The notes under the pieces: model-generated
Database searches by the model: none
What the model saw: only the letters and a program-made list of their open reading frames with translations
What the model was told of the DNA's origin: nothing
Translations under genes and position numbers: made by a program
Shown: positions 8,086-18,120 of the stretch, piece after piece
How the letters are laid out: each line of letters opens with the position of its first letter
How positions within the stretch are numbered: position 1 is the stretch's first letter
Virus record (IMG/VR): IMGVR_UViG_3300005713_000002
Coordinates: 1-45,388 of that record
DNA length: 45,388 nucleotides
From: a virus
Taxonomy: Duplodnaviria; Caudoviricetes
Strand: one strand, 5' to 3'

Positions 8086-9081
8086 ATGGCAACGCTGAGT
8101 ACTGGCAACGTGACGATGCTTGACTGGGCCAAGCGCACCGACCCGATGGGGAAGGTGATGGTCATTGTCGAGCTGCTGTCACAGACCAACGAGATCCTCG
8201 AGGACGCCGTCTGGCGCGAGGGGAATCTCCCGACCGGGGAGCGCACGACCGTGCGCACCGGCCTGCCGACCGTCTACTGGCGCATGATCAACCAGGGCGT
8301 GCCGACCAGCAAATCGACCACCGCGCAGGTCGATGAGATGTGCGGCATGCTCGAGGCGTGGAGCGAGGTGGACGCCGACCTCGCCACGCTCGGCAACGAC
8401 CTCAACGGGTTCCGCATGTCCGAGGCGACGGCCTTTCTTGAGGCGATGAACCAGGAACTCGCCCAGACGATCATCTACGGCAACGCGGGGCTGGCGCCGG
8501 AGGAGTTCACGGGGCTGGCACCGCGTTACAGCAGCCTCAGTGCCGGCAACGCCGAGAACATCATCGATGCCGGCGGCAGCCAGAGTGACAACACCTCCAT
8601 CTGGCTGGTGGCCTGGGGCGACGAGACCGTCTACGGGGTCTTCCCGGCCGGGTCCAAGGCGGGCCTCTACCACCAGGACCTCGGGCAGGAGACGGTGGAG
8701 GTGACCGCGGGGGTGGCCGGCAGCCGCATGCTCGCCTTCCGCGAACGCTACCAGTGGAAGGCCGGGCTCTGCGTCAAGGACTGGCGCTACGTCGTGCGCA
8801 TCGCCAATATCGACGCAAGTGACCTGGTCGGGGCGACCCCGCCGGACCTGGTGGACTTCATGGAACAGGCCGACGAGATCATCCCGAACCGCCTCGGCAA
8901 GCGCGTCTTTTACGTCAACCGGCGCGTCTCGCGCATCCTGCGCAAGATCGCGCGCACGGACGTGACGGCCGGCGGCGGGCTCACCTTTGAAAACTTCGCC
9001 GGCAAGCCCGTGCTCACCTTCGGCGGCGTGCCCGTGCGCAAGGTGGACGCGATCCTCAACACCGAAGCGCGGGTGACCTAA
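8086..9081 (+). CDS. Major capsid protein (BPP-1 Bbp17/epsilon15 gp7-like)
   Basis: LDWAKR, VELLSQTNEILED, EGNLPTGERTTVRTGLP and DWRYVVRIANID; AGGAGG RBS. Confidence 0.92.
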   Translation: MATLSTGNVTMLDWAKRTDPMGKVMVIVELLSQTNEILEDAVWREGNLPTGERTTVRTGLPTVYWRMINQGVPTSKSTTAQVDEMCGMLEAWSEVDADLATLGNDLNGFRMSEATAFLEAMNQELAQTIIYGNAGLAPEEFTGLAPRYSSLSAGNAENIIDAGGSQSDNTSIWLVAWGDETVYGVFPAGSKAGLYHQDLGQETVEVTAGVAGSRMLAFRERYQWKAGLCVKDWRYVVRIANIDASDLVGATPPDLVDFMEQADEIIPNRLGKRVFYVNRRVSRILRKIARTDVTAGGGLTFENFAGKPVLTFGGVPVRKVDAILNTEARVT

Positions 9082-9091
9082 GGAGGGTGTG

Positions 9092-9511
9092 ATGTATATC
9101 GATGCGTTACTCCTGCTGTCGGACAGTCAGGCGATTACCGCCGCCACCAACAGCACCAATGTGATCGACCTCGGCAACCCCGACGTCAAGCGGCGGGTCG
9201 GCACGGGCGAGGCGGTGGGGCTGGGGATCTTCGTCGAGGTGGCCGCCACCGGCGGGCCGCTCACCTTCAACGTGATCGACTCCGCCAGCAGCGACCTCTC
9301 GTCCCCGACCGTGCTCGCCACCGTCGCCTTGACCGCGGCGCAGATGACGGCCGGGGCGAAGTTCTTCATCGGGATTCCGCCCGGCCAGGGCCGGCAGCGG
9401 TATCTGGGGATGAGCGAGTCGGGCACGGGCACCGTGACCGTGAGCGCCGCCATCCTGCCGCAGCGGGGCTTCGAGGAGTGGACCGCCTACGCCAACGCGT
9501 ATGCGATCTGA
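9092..9511 (+). CDS. Bbp16-like capsid cement protein
   Basis: MYIDALLLLSDSQAIT...STNVIDLG...QRYLG; follows the capsid gene; AAGGAGG RBS. Confidence 0.85.
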   Translation: MYIDALLLLSDSQAITAATNSTNVIDLGNPDVKRRVGTGEAVGLGIFVEVAATGGPLTFNVIDSASSDLSSPTVLATVALTAAQMTAGAKFFIGIPPGQGRQRYLGMSESGTGTVTVSAAILPQRGFEEWTAYANAYAI

Positions 9512-9526
9512 GCCAGGAGGACGACG

Positions 9527-10045
9527 ATGAGTGCAGAACTGCCGCTGGAGCCGCTGCGGATCGGGTCGGTCCCCTTCACGCCGGGGCCGGCCGTGCCGCC
9601 GGTCGGGCGGCAACCGCCGCCGGTCGCGGTGGTGCAGGCGGCCTATACGCCCAAGTCGGTGCGCGCCGTCAAGGCCGGCTACTACGGCGACCGGTATCGC
9701 CAGGTGGATGACTGGTTCACGATCGACAACGCCGACTTCACGCGCGTCTGGATGGCGTCGCTGGCCGACCCGACGCCGGTCGTGATGAGCCTGGACCCGG
9801 CGGGGGCGGTGCTGGGCGGGCCGTCCCTGACCTTGCGCGTGCTCGGGCGCGGGTTCGCGCCCGACAGCACGATTCTCTGGAACGGGGCGCCGGAGCCGAC
9901 CACGCGCGTCTCCTCGACCGAGCTCTGGACCACGGTCAACATGGCGACCGCCACCACCGCCGGGCCGATCAGCGTCAGCGTGCAGGCCCTCGGCGGACTG
10001 ACCAGCGCGGCGCTGACGTTTACCATCACCGAGGCGGCGCCATGA
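9527..10045 (+). CDS. Virion-associated protein: short GYY domain plus IPT/TIG (Ig-like) domain
   Basis: VRAVKAGYYGDRYR...WM, followed by PTPVVMSLDP...LTLRVLGRGF...TTRVSSTEL...SAALTFTI (IPT/TIG pattern). Confidence 0.7.
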   Translation: MSAELPLEPLRIGSVPFTPGPAVPPVGRQPPPVAVVQAAYTPKSVRAVKAGYYGDRYRQVDDWFTIDNADFTRVWMASLADPTPVVMSLDPAGAVLGGPSLTLRVLGRGFAPDSTILWNGAPEPTTRVSSTELWTTVNMATATTAGPISVSVQALGGLTSAALTFTITEAAP

Positions 10046-10485
10046 GCCTGACGCCGCCGCGGCCACCGGGGAGCGGCCCGGCCCCGTCGGCCGCCCCCGA
10101 CCGTCCCGGCCGCCCGAAGCCGGCCGCGAGCCGCACGCCCGCGCTGCCCGCGCCGCCGGCCGCCGCCCCGCCGCCGCCGGGCGCGCGCGTCAAGGTGCAG
10201 GCGGTCAAGCTTGGCTACTACGCGCACATCCGGCGCCGGCCCGGCGATGTCTTCTGGCTCGGGGATGCGCGCGAGTTCAGCGCGCTCTGGATGCAGGCGG
10301 TCGATCCGGACCTGCCGGAGCGGATCACGCTCGGCAACGCCGCCATCCGCGACGACCACGACCGGCTGCTGACGGCGCGCGCCCAGGAAGCGGCGCTGCG
10401 CCGGGGCACGGCCGTGCGCCCGCCGCCCGCGCTCGAGGCGCCGCCGACGGGGGAGGCGAGTCCGCTGGGGGACGAGGAGGGCTGA
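10042..10485 (+). CDS. Virion-associated protein with a paralogous GYY domain
   Basis: VKVQAVKLGYYAHIRRRPGDVFWL...FSALWM aligns by eye with the N-domain of 9527-10045. Confidence 0.65.
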   Translation: MSLTPPRPPGSGPAPSAAPDRPGRPKPAASRTPALPAPPAAAPPPPGARVKVQAVKLGYYAHIRRRPGDVFWLGDAREFSALWMQAVDPDLPERITLGNAAIRDDHDRLLTARAQEAALRRGTAVRPPPALEAPPTGEASPLGDEEG

Positions 10486-10579
10486 GCGGGGGCGCGGCGC
10501 CCGCCGTGGTCCCTGGCAGCCGCGGCGCCAGTCCGCCTCGACGTCACCGCGCGTGCATGCTCCAAGCGTGGAGGCCATT

Positions 10580-10783
10580 GTGACCAAGGACGACTTTGTG
10601 GCGCGCTTTGATCCGGCGAACTGGCCGACCGGGGGGGAGGACGTCCTGGCGAAGTTCAGGGACTTCGCGCTGCTGATTTATGACGAGATCCCCCCCGAGC
10701 CGGTGGACTTCCATGCCGTGGCCCAGCCCTTGTTCGTGGCCTTGACGCAGTTATATCGCGTCAGGCGCATTCGCGGACTCTAA
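10580..10783 (+). CDS. Hypothetical protein
   Basis: GGAGG at 10570 precedes GTG 10580; its TAA overlaps the next ATG. Confidence 0.55.
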   Translation: MTKDDFVARFDPANWPTGGEDVLAKFRDFALLIYDEIPPEPVDFHAVAQPLFVALTQLYRVRRIRGL

Positions 10784-13482
10784 TGGCCACGCGCCTCTAC
10801 TGGAACTACCAGATCCCCGATTACAACATGTGGGGCAGCACGGGGTCCTGGCCGGGCGGGGGCTGGCATTACGCCGGGGGCTTTACGTCGGCAGGCCAGA
10901 TGCTGGATACCGTGAAAGGCGGCAATCCGATCGCCCGCGACGAAATCTTCCCGAGTGCGTCTGGTGGCCCCCCCGTTCACATCCTGTTCTATCGCGGCAT
11001 CAGTCGCCGCTTATTGCCCCAGACGATCAGCGGGACGTTCGATGCCGTCTTCCACGCCCGGCAAAGTGTGGCCACGGCCGAGTGCTATACCCGCGTCATC
11101 GTGTATGTCCTCGATGTGACGGGGAGCCCCTGGATCCCGCCGGTGCTCGGCTATCTGGTGTCCAGTTACGACGAAACGCCGGCAGGTGCCAATGGCACGG
11201 AATGGCCGACGGCCGGGAGCAGTCTCACGCCGGGCTCGCGGAGCCTCAAAGCGCCCGTCACGCTGACCCCGGTCACGATTCCGAGCGATGGCCGGTCCTA
11301 TCGCCTGGTCGTGGAAGTGGGGTGCGTGTCGTTGCGGACGGCGGGCACGTCGTTCGGGGCGTCGTCCAAAGCCGGGGCGCGGGCCTCGGATTGGGTCGTG
11401 CTGCCGGACCTGGCTCCCTCGGCCACGTATGTGGAGGCGGTGCCCTACTGTGACTTGTCGGCGACCCTGCTCTTCGGCGCGACGGAATATCTGGTCAGTA
11501 ACTATGACGTGGACGGCGCCATCGACATCGGCCCGGCCCCGGCGTCCTTTCCGGTGACGGCCGCCGCGGCGGGGACCAGCAATCCCGACTTGACCTATCG
11601 CTGGTACCGGTATGCGTCGAGTGCGGATGAGACCGTCAGTGTCTTGTCCTGCAATGGGGGCACCCCCGGCGGCAGTGGACAGAATGACTCACTGGTCTAT
11701 AGCCAGACGACCGTCGGCACCGGCCCCCCGTTCAAGACGATCGGCTCCGCCACCGGCAGTCTGTCGCAACGCCCCCTCCAGGCACCGACCAAGATCGGGG
11801 GCGCGGTCTATGTCCGCCTGTATCTGGGGGCCGGGGTCACCACCACGGTGACGCTGGTCGTCGGGCCGAAGAATGCAGCCGTCGGGGACCTCCTGATCAA
11901 CGTCGATGATTCCTCCCCCAGTATCTATGACCCGAGCCTGCCGGCGGGCAATGCCTCCATCTGGTGGCATCCCGACGGGACGCTGAGCCAGGCCACGGCG
12001 AATCTGATTTACAGCGAGCTGGGCGTGACGTTGCAGAACGGCATGATCGGCATCCCCAGTCAAACGGCGAACGGCGCGGGCGCCTACGAACTGTTTATCT
12101 ATGACAAGCCCCCCGGCTTGGCGTTACTCCAGCGCGTCACGTTGCCGGACTATCCCAACTCGTGCGGGACCGACATGCAGGCGTTCTATGTCGTCAGCGG
12201 CGACTACCACGGCCCGACCACGCTGGTGAAAATTGCGGAGACGGGGACGATTGTGGACACCTGGACGATGTCGCCGGGGCTGGGGGATGGCGTCAAGAAT
12301 TTCGGCGTCTCCCGCGACGGGGGCCGCGCCTATGTCGTGAACAACGACACCGGCGCGATCTATCGCCACGACCTGGTCGCCGATGTCGGCCTCGGCGACA
12401 TCAGCGTCCCGCCGGGGAGTGAGTGGGACCAGGTGGACATTCTGGTCTTGGCGGACGAGACCATCGTCACCGTGTATCGCACGTCGGTCGATACGCTCTA
12501 TCACTATGCCCCCGACGGCACGGTGCTGCATGTCTATATGCTGCCCGGCACGACCTATCGCATCGATCATCTCTCGCACACCGCCGATGACAGTGTCGAG
12601 CAGGTCTGGGTCTGGCGGCAGAAGGCGGGAGACTCGCAATTCCAGTTGGTCGATTTTGTCGCCGGTGTCATGGTGAGTGCCTTCACGACGGCGCTGTTTG
12701 ACCAGTCCTTTCGGGGGCCGCACGACGCGGGCTGCGCGCCGCAACGCTTTGGGGTGGGGTCGTCGTGCGCCTTCTTCACCATGATGACGCCGCCCCCCGA
12801 GGTGGTCATGCCGACCCTCACTGATGATCTCGCCAGTTGCCCGACCCCGACGACCGCGCTGGTCAACCTGGCGCTGGCCCGGATCGGCATCAACCAGGCC
12901 ATCACCGACCTGGCGACCGACCAGACGGCCGAGGCCGCCGCCGTGTGGCTGGCCTACGACGAGACGCTGCTGGCGACGCTGCGGGAATTTCCGTGGGCGT
13001 TTGCCACCGGGTATGCCGACCCGCTGACGCTCGTCACCGGCACCCTCACCACGCCGGCCGCGCCCGACTGGCAGTATGCGTATCGCCAGCCGGTCGATTG
13101 CGTCTACGCGCGGCGGATCGTGCGGCCCCTGGCGACCACCGGCCTCGGGCGGGCGTTCGACCCGCAGCCGCCGGACTTCCGGGTCGGCCAGGATGCGACC
13201 GGCTTTCTGATCTACGCGAACGAACCGGACGCGGTCCTCGAATACACGCGGCGCCTGACCTGCCCGGCCCTGAAGAGCGAGGCGCTGTTCCGCTCGGCGT
13301 GGGCGTGGCGCCTGGCGCATGAACTGGCGCCGTCCCTGTCGCGGCTGCCCGACCGGACGACCTACTGCTGGCAGCAGTATCAATACGCGCTGCACGTGGC
13401 CGCGACCAAGAACACGGGCGAGGTGCAGCAGCCGCCCGACGGCCTGCCCGACTGGATCCGCACCCGGCAGCATCGTGGCTGA
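10783..13482 (+). CDS. Tail adaptor (tubular protein A-like) with a ~675-aa beta-rich N-terminal extension
   Basis: C-terminal ~220 aa: LVNLALARIG, LREFPWAFA, WQYAYRQPVDC, AWRLAHELAP, DWIRTR. The N-part is beta-rich with propeller-like repeats. Confidence 0.8.
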   Translation: MATRLYWNYQIPDYNMWGSTGSWPGGGWHYAGGFTSAGQMLDTVKGGNPIARDEIFPSASGGPPVHILFYRGISRRLLPQTISGTFDAVFHARQSVATAECYTRVIVYVLDVTGSPWIPPVLGYLVSSYDETPAGANGTEWPTAGSSLTPGSRSLKAPVTLTPVTIPSDGRSYRLVVEVGCVSLRTAGTSFGASSKAGARASDWVVLPDLAPSATYVEAVPYCDLSATLLFGATEYLVSNYDVDGAIDIGPAPASFPVTAAAAGTSNPDLTYRWYRYASSADETVSVLSCNGGTPGGSGQNDSLVYSQTTVGTGPPFKTIGSATGSLSQRPLQAPTKIGGAVYVRLYLGAGVTTTVTLVVGPKNAAVGDLLINVDDSSPSIYDPSLPAGNASIWWHPDGTLSQATANLIYSELGVTLQNGMIGIPSQTANGAGAYELFIYDKPPGLALLQRVTLPDYPNSCGTDMQAFYVVSGDYHGPTTLVKIAETGTIVDTWTMSPGLGDGVKNFGVSRDGGRAYVVNNDTGAIYRHDLVADVGLGDISVPPGSEWDQVDILVLADETIVTVYRTSVDTLYHYAPDGTVLHVYMLPGTTYRIDHLSHTADDSVEQVWVWRQKAGDSQFQLVDFVAGVMVSAFTTALFDQSFRGPHDAGCAPQRFGVGSSCAFFTMMTPPPEVVMPTLTDDLASCPTPTTALVNLALARIGINQAITDLATDQTAEAAAVWLAYDETLLATLREFPWAFATGYADPLTLVTGTLTTPAAPDWQYAYRQPVDCVYARRIVRPLATTGLGRAFDPQPPDFRVGQDATGFLIYANEPDAVLEYTRRLTCPALKSEALFRSAWAWRLAHELAPSLSRLPDRTTYCWQQYQYALHVAATKNTGEVQQPPDGLPDWIRTRQHRG

Positions 13483-15679
13483 GCTCGTCGTCCAGCGCAG
13501 CTTCGGCGGGGGCGAGCTCGCGCCCGCGATCGCGGCGCGCGCGGATCTGGCCGCCTACACGACCGGCCTGCGCGTCTGCCGCAACATGATCGTGCTGCGC
13601 GCGGGCGGGGTCGCGAGCCGGCCCGGCTTCCGCTTCGTCGCCGCGTGCAAGACGAACGACCCCGCCGTGCAGCTCCTGCGCTACGTCTCGGAGCAGATTG
13701 GCGAGAGCGTGCTCATCGAGGCGGGCGTGGGCTACCTGCGCTTCTTTCAGGACGGGGCACCGGTCACCGTCAGCGGCGTGCCGGCGTGGGACAGCGGCAC
13801 GAGTTACGTGGCGGGCGACCTGGTGACCAGCGGCGGGGTGACCTACTACGCCCGCGGGGCGAGCCTGGCGAGCGCGCCGCCCGGCGCGACGTGGTATGCC
13901 CTGACCGGGGACCTCTACGAAATTCCCTCGCCCTTCGGCGCGCACGGGCTCTTCAACTGGGTGCAGTCAGGGCGCGTCATCACGATGACCCACCCCGAGG
14001 AGCCGCCGCACGAACTCCACTTCCAGGCGCTCACGCGGTGGGTGATCCGGCCGGTCGTCACCGAGCCGTCGATTGCCGCCCCGACCGGGGTGAGCGGGAC
14101 GGCGGGGGCGGCCGGCACGCGCACCTTTGCGTATCAGGTGACGGCGGCGGCGACGGAGACCTTCGAGGAGTCGCACCCGAGCGCGGTGGCGACGGTGCCG
14201 AGCGCGGCCGAGCCGACGCCCGACGCCCCGCACGACGTGACGTGGACGGCGGTGACCGGCGCCGCCGAGTATTACGTCTACGGCGACCCCTACGGCAACG
14301 CCGTCTACGGCTTTCTCGGCACGACCACCGCCACCACGTTTCACGACACCGGCTACGTGCCGGATTTCAGCGTGACCCCGCCGATCCCCCGGCCGCTCTT
14401 TACCGCGCCGAACGACTATCCGGCGCACGCCGCCTACTACCAGCAGCGGCGCTGGTTCGCCTACACGACCAACGCGCCCGACGGCATCTGGGCGAGCCGC
14501 ATCGGCTTCCCGAGCAACTTCACCATCAGCTCGCCCCTGCAGGATGACGACGCGCTCACGCTGCGGCTGGCCGGCAACACGCACCACCCGGTGCGGCACC
14601 TGGTCGCGCTCAAGAGCCTGGTCGTGATGACCGACGGCGGCGAGTGGATGCTCGGCGACGGGGCGCAGCCGCTCACCCCCACCTACCTGCCGGCCGACCA
14701 GTTCGCCTACGTCGGCGTGCATGATAAACAGCCGGTGGTGGTGGGCAACACGATCCTCTACATCCAGGTGCGCGGGTCGGTGCTGCGCGAGATCCGCTTC
14801 GCGCAGCAGGTGGACGGGCTGGCCGGGCGCGACCTGACGCGCTTTGCGTCGCACCTGGTGGATGGGCACCGGCTCGCGCGCATCGACTACGCGCAGGTGC
14901 CGGACACCCTCGTCTGGGCCGCGCGCGGCGACGACACGCTGCTCGGGCTCACCTACATTCCCGAGGACGACCTCTGGGGCTGGCACCGCCACGACAGCGC
15001 GGGCGCGGCGTTTGACGACGTCTGCGTGGTGCCCGAGGACCTCGAGGACGGCGTCTACGTGATCGTGGCGCGCCCGGTGGGCGGGTCGCTCGTGCGCTAC
15101 ATCGAGCGGCTGGCCCCGCGCCCGCTCGACCCCGACGCCTGGGCCGAGGAGGCGGTGTGCGTCGATAGCAGCCTCAGTTACCACGGCACGCCGACCACCA
15201 CCGTCAGCGGGCTCGACCATCTCGAGGGCGAGGTCGTGGCGGTCGTGGCCGACGGGGCGGTGGTGTTCAACGGCGACCCGGACGCGGCGGCGGCGGCCGG
15301 GTTCACGGTCACGGGCGGCACGATCACCATCCCTACGGCGGCCAGCGACATCCATGTCGGGCTGCGCTATGTCCCCGAGGTCGAAACGCTCGACCTGGAC
15401 GTGGCCGGGGCGAGCGTGCGCGGGGCGCAGAAGCGCGTGCAAGGGTTGCATGTGCTGCTTGAGAACTCCGCGCGCACGTTCCTGGCGGGGCCGGATGCCG
15501 ACCATCTGCTGCCGTTCCACGTGAAGCCCTACGACCCGACGGATGTCGTCTTCACCGGGCAGGTCGAGATGGCCACGCAGGGCACCTTTACGAAACTGGG
15601 GCGCGTGCGGATCCGGCAGCCGGACCCGCTGCCGCTGACCATTCTCGGCGTGCTGCCGCTGATTGACCTGGGAGGCTGA
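13475..15679 (+). CDS. Tail nozzle (tubular protein B-like)
   Basis: QRSFGGGELAP start, YYQQRRWF, GLTYIPEDDLWGWHRH and QPDPLPLTILG end. Confidence 0.88.
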   Translation: MAELVVQRSFGGGELAPAIAARADLAAYTTGLRVCRNMIVLRAGGVASRPGFRFVAACKTNDPAVQLLRYVSEQIGESVLIEAGVGYLRFFQDGAPVTVSGVPAWDSGTSYVAGDLVTSGGVTYYARGASLASAPPGATWYALTGDLYEIPSPFGAHGLFNWVQSGRVITMTHPEEPPHELHFQALTRWVIRPVVTEPSIAAPTGVSGTAGAAGTRTFAYQVTAAATETFEESHPSAVATVPSAAEPTPDAPHDVTWTAVTGAAEYYVYGDPYGNAVYGFLGTTTATTFHDTGYVPDFSVTPPIPRPLFTAPNDYPAHAAYYQQRRWFAYTTNAPDGIWASRIGFPSNFTISSPLQDDDALTLRLAGNTHHPVRHLVALKSLVVMTDGGEWMLGDGAQPLTPTYLPADQFAYVGVHDKQPVVVGNTILYIQVRGSVLREIRFAQQVDGLAGRDLTRFASHLVDGHRLARIDYAQVPDTLVWAARGDDTLLGLTYIPEDDLWGWHRHDSAGAAFDDVCVVPEDLEDGVYVIVARPVGGSLVRYIERLAPRPLDPDAWAEEAVCVDSSLSYHGTPTTTVSGLDHLEGEVVAVVADGAVVFNGDPDAAAAAGFTVTGGTITIPTAASDIHVGLRYVPEVETLDLDVAGASVRGAQKRVQGLHVLLENSARTFLAGPDADHLLPFHVKPYDPTDVVFTGQVEMATQGTFTKLGRVRIRQPDPLPLTILGVLPLIDLGG

Positions 15680-15683
15680 GGCG

Positions 15684-16334
15684 ATGGGCTTTCTCACGGG
15701 ATTGGTGGTCACCGCCCTCGGCGTCCAGGCCGCGAGCTCACTCTACGGCGCCCACAGCGCCGCGAAGGCGGCCGAGGCACAGGGCAAGGCGGCGCGCCGG
15801 GCCGCGCTCGCCTCGGCCGAGCTCGCCGAGTACAACGCGGCGGTCGCCGACGTGCAGGCGCGGGATGCCGTGGCGCGCGGGGCGATCGAGGAACAGCAGT
15901 TCCGGCGCGACCTGGACGTGCTCATCGGCGCGCAGCGCGCCGGCTACGCCGCCGGCAACATCGACGTCGGCTACGGCTCGGCGGTCGATGTGCAGGCCGA
16001 CGCGGCGTTTCTCGGCGAGCTCGACGCGCTCACCATCCGCACCAATGCGGCGCGGGAAGCGTGGGGCTACCAGGTCGAGGCGGTGGACCTGCGGCGGCGC
16101 GCGGTCTTGGCGCGGCGGGAAGGGGTGCTGCTCGAGCAGGCGGGCCGGGCCGAGGCGCACGGCTACCGCGTGGGCGGCGCTCTCAGCGCCGCCGGCACGA
16201 TTGCGGGCGGCACCGCGAGCCTGCTGCAGGCGCGCTACGGGTTCAACCAGGGCACGCGCCGGCCGGGGGGCGTGCTGGAGCGGGTCACCACGCCGCGCGG
16301 CGGCCCCTATGCACCGCGAGGAGCCTACGCCTGA
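15684..16334 (+). CDS. Internal virion (ejection) protein, small
   Basis: IGAQRAGYAAGNIDVGYGSAVDVQAD...IRTNAAREAWGY; position after the nozzle. Confidence 0.75.
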   Translation: MGFLTGLVVTALGVQAASSLYGAHSAAKAAEAQGKAARRAALASAELAEYNAAVADVQARDAVARGAIEEQQFRRDLDVLIGAQRAGYAAGNIDVGYGSAVDVQADAAFLGELDALTIRTNAAREAWGYQVEAVDLRRRAVLARREGVLLEQAGRAEAHGYRVGGALSAAGTIAGGTASLLQARYGFNQGTRRPGGVLERVTTPRGGPYAPRGAYA

Positions 16335-18112
16335 TGCCGACCGTCCAGAAATACGGGAGCCGCCGCGTCCAGCCGACCGGGCTGCCCGCGGCCCGGCTCA
16401 CCACGCCGAGCGAGACCGAGATTTCGGCCGGCGGCGGCCTCGCCCGCGCGCGGGGCCGCGCGGCCGTGCGCATCGCGGAGAGCGTCGAGCAGGTCGCGGC
16501 GCCGTTCCTCTCGATGAGCCTCGAGGAGATCGCGCGCCAGAAAGCGGCCGAGCGCAAGGCGGCCGACGAGACCGCGCTCCTCAAAGCCTCCAACCAGATC
16601 AGCACCTGGAAGAACAAGCGCCTCTTCGACCCCGAGACCGGCGCCTTCGCGCAGAAGGGCGAGGCGGCCTTCCCGCTCCCCGAGCAACTGCACGCCGAAT
16701 ACGACCAGGTCACCAGCGCCATTGCCACCACGATGAAGACCCCCGAGCAGCAGCTGGCCTTCCAGAAGCTGCAGGCGCAGGAGTGGCAGTCGATCGACCT
16801 GCAGGTGCGCCGGCATGTCTTTGGCGAGATGCAGACGTTTCGCGAGAACGAGCTCAATGCGTTCGTCGCGCAAAAGACCGACTTCGCTATCCGCAGCGCG
16901 GACGATCCCAAGCTCGTCGCGGACAATCTGCAGGCGGCGATCGTGGCGGTGCAGACGCACGGCCCCACGCTCGGGAAGGGGAAGGAGGCGATCGCGCAGC
17001 AGGTGCGGGCGATTGAATCGGACGTGCATAAAGGCGTGGTCGAGCAGTTGCTGGCCGTGGGCAAGACCACGCAGGCCGAGCAGTATTTCGCGCTGACGCG
17101 CGAGGCGATTGCCGGCGACAAGGTCGATGACGTCCAGCGGGCGGTCAACGAAGGCTCGTTGCGCGCGGAAGCGCAGCGCGAGACCGCGCGCATTCTGAAA
17201 GAAGGTGGGACCTTCAAGGAGCAGCGCGACAAGGCCAAGAGCCTGCGGCCGGCGATCCAGGACGATGTGCTCGCCCGCCTTGAACACGAACAGGTGATTG
17301 CGGAGCGTGACCAGCGCGAGACGGAGGCGCGCACGCTACGCGGCGCCTACGACATCATCGACCGCACGCACACCGTGGCGTCGATTCCGCCGAGCGTGTG
17401 GAAGGAGTTCGACGGGCCGCAGCGGGCGGCGCTCCACAGTTATGCGGACGCGCTCGCGGCCGGCACGCCAGTCAAAACGGACCTGCCGACCTACTACGCC
17501 TACATGCAGCAGGCGGCCAGTGACCCGCAGGCGTTTGTCAAGCGGAATCTGCTCACAGATCGGCACCGCCTGAGCGAGAGTGATTTCCAGGAACTGTCGC
17601 GCCTGCAGTTCTCGATACGGACGGCCAAGACACCGGAACCGCGCGAACTCGAGGGTTTCCGCACCAAGACCCAGATTATCGACGACACCCTCGCGCAATA
17701 CGGCATCGATCCGAAGGCCAAGCCGGAGAGCGACGAAGGGCGAGCCATCGCGCAGTTGCGGCGCATGGTGGACCAGCGCGTCGCGGCGGCGCAGAGCGAT
17801 GGGCAGAAGGTCAGCAACACCGAGATCCAGACGATGCTCGATGACCTGCTCAGCCAGTCGGTGACCGTGCCCGGTTCGTGGTGGAACATCTTCCCCGGCG
17901 GCAAGCCCTTCTTCGATCAGCAGAAGCGGTTGCTCGACGTCACGATCAACGACCTGACCGCCGAGCAGCGGGCGACCTACGAGCAGGTGCTGCGCGACAC
18001 CGGGCGCCCGGTGAGTGACGCGGCGATCCTCGACCTGCACCTGGAAACCGAGATCAAGCGGCGCACGAAGACGCGCACGCCGCCGAAGCCGCCGCTGATG
18101 CCCTCGCACTGA
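16334..18112 (+). CDS. Internal virion (ejection) protein, medium
   Basis: Helical/coiled-coil protein starting MPTVQKY, TGATG overlap, between the small and giant ejection genes. Confidence 0.7.
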   Translation: MPTVQKYGSRRVQPTGLPAARLTTPSETEISAGGGLARARGRAAVRIAESVEQVAAPFLSMSLEEIARQKAAERKAADETALLKASNQISTWKNKRLFDPETGAFAQKGEAAFPLPEQLHAEYDQVTSAIATTMKTPEQQLAFQKLQAQEWQSIDLQVRRHVFGEMQTFRENELNAFVAQKTDFAIRSADDPKLVADNLQAAIVAVQTHGPTLGKGKEAIAQQVRAIESDVHKGVVEQLLAVGKTTQAEQYFALTREAIAGDKVDDVQRAVNEGSLRAEAQRETARILKEGGTFKEQRDKAKSLRPAIQDDVLARLEHEQVIAERDQRETEARTLRGAYDIIDRTHTVASIPPSVWKEFDGPQRAALHSYADALAAGTPVKTDLPTYYAYMQQAASDPQAFVKRNLLTDRHRLSESDFQELSRLQFSIRTAKTPEPRELEGFRTKTQIIDDTLAQYGIDPKAKPESDEGRAIAQLRRMVDQRVAAAQSDGQKVSNTEIQTMLDDLLSQSVTVPGSWWNIFPGGKPFFDQQKRLLDVTINDLTAEQRATYEQVLRDTGRPVSDAAILDLHLETEIKRRTKTRTPPKPPLMPSH

Positions 18113-18120
18113 GCACGCAC

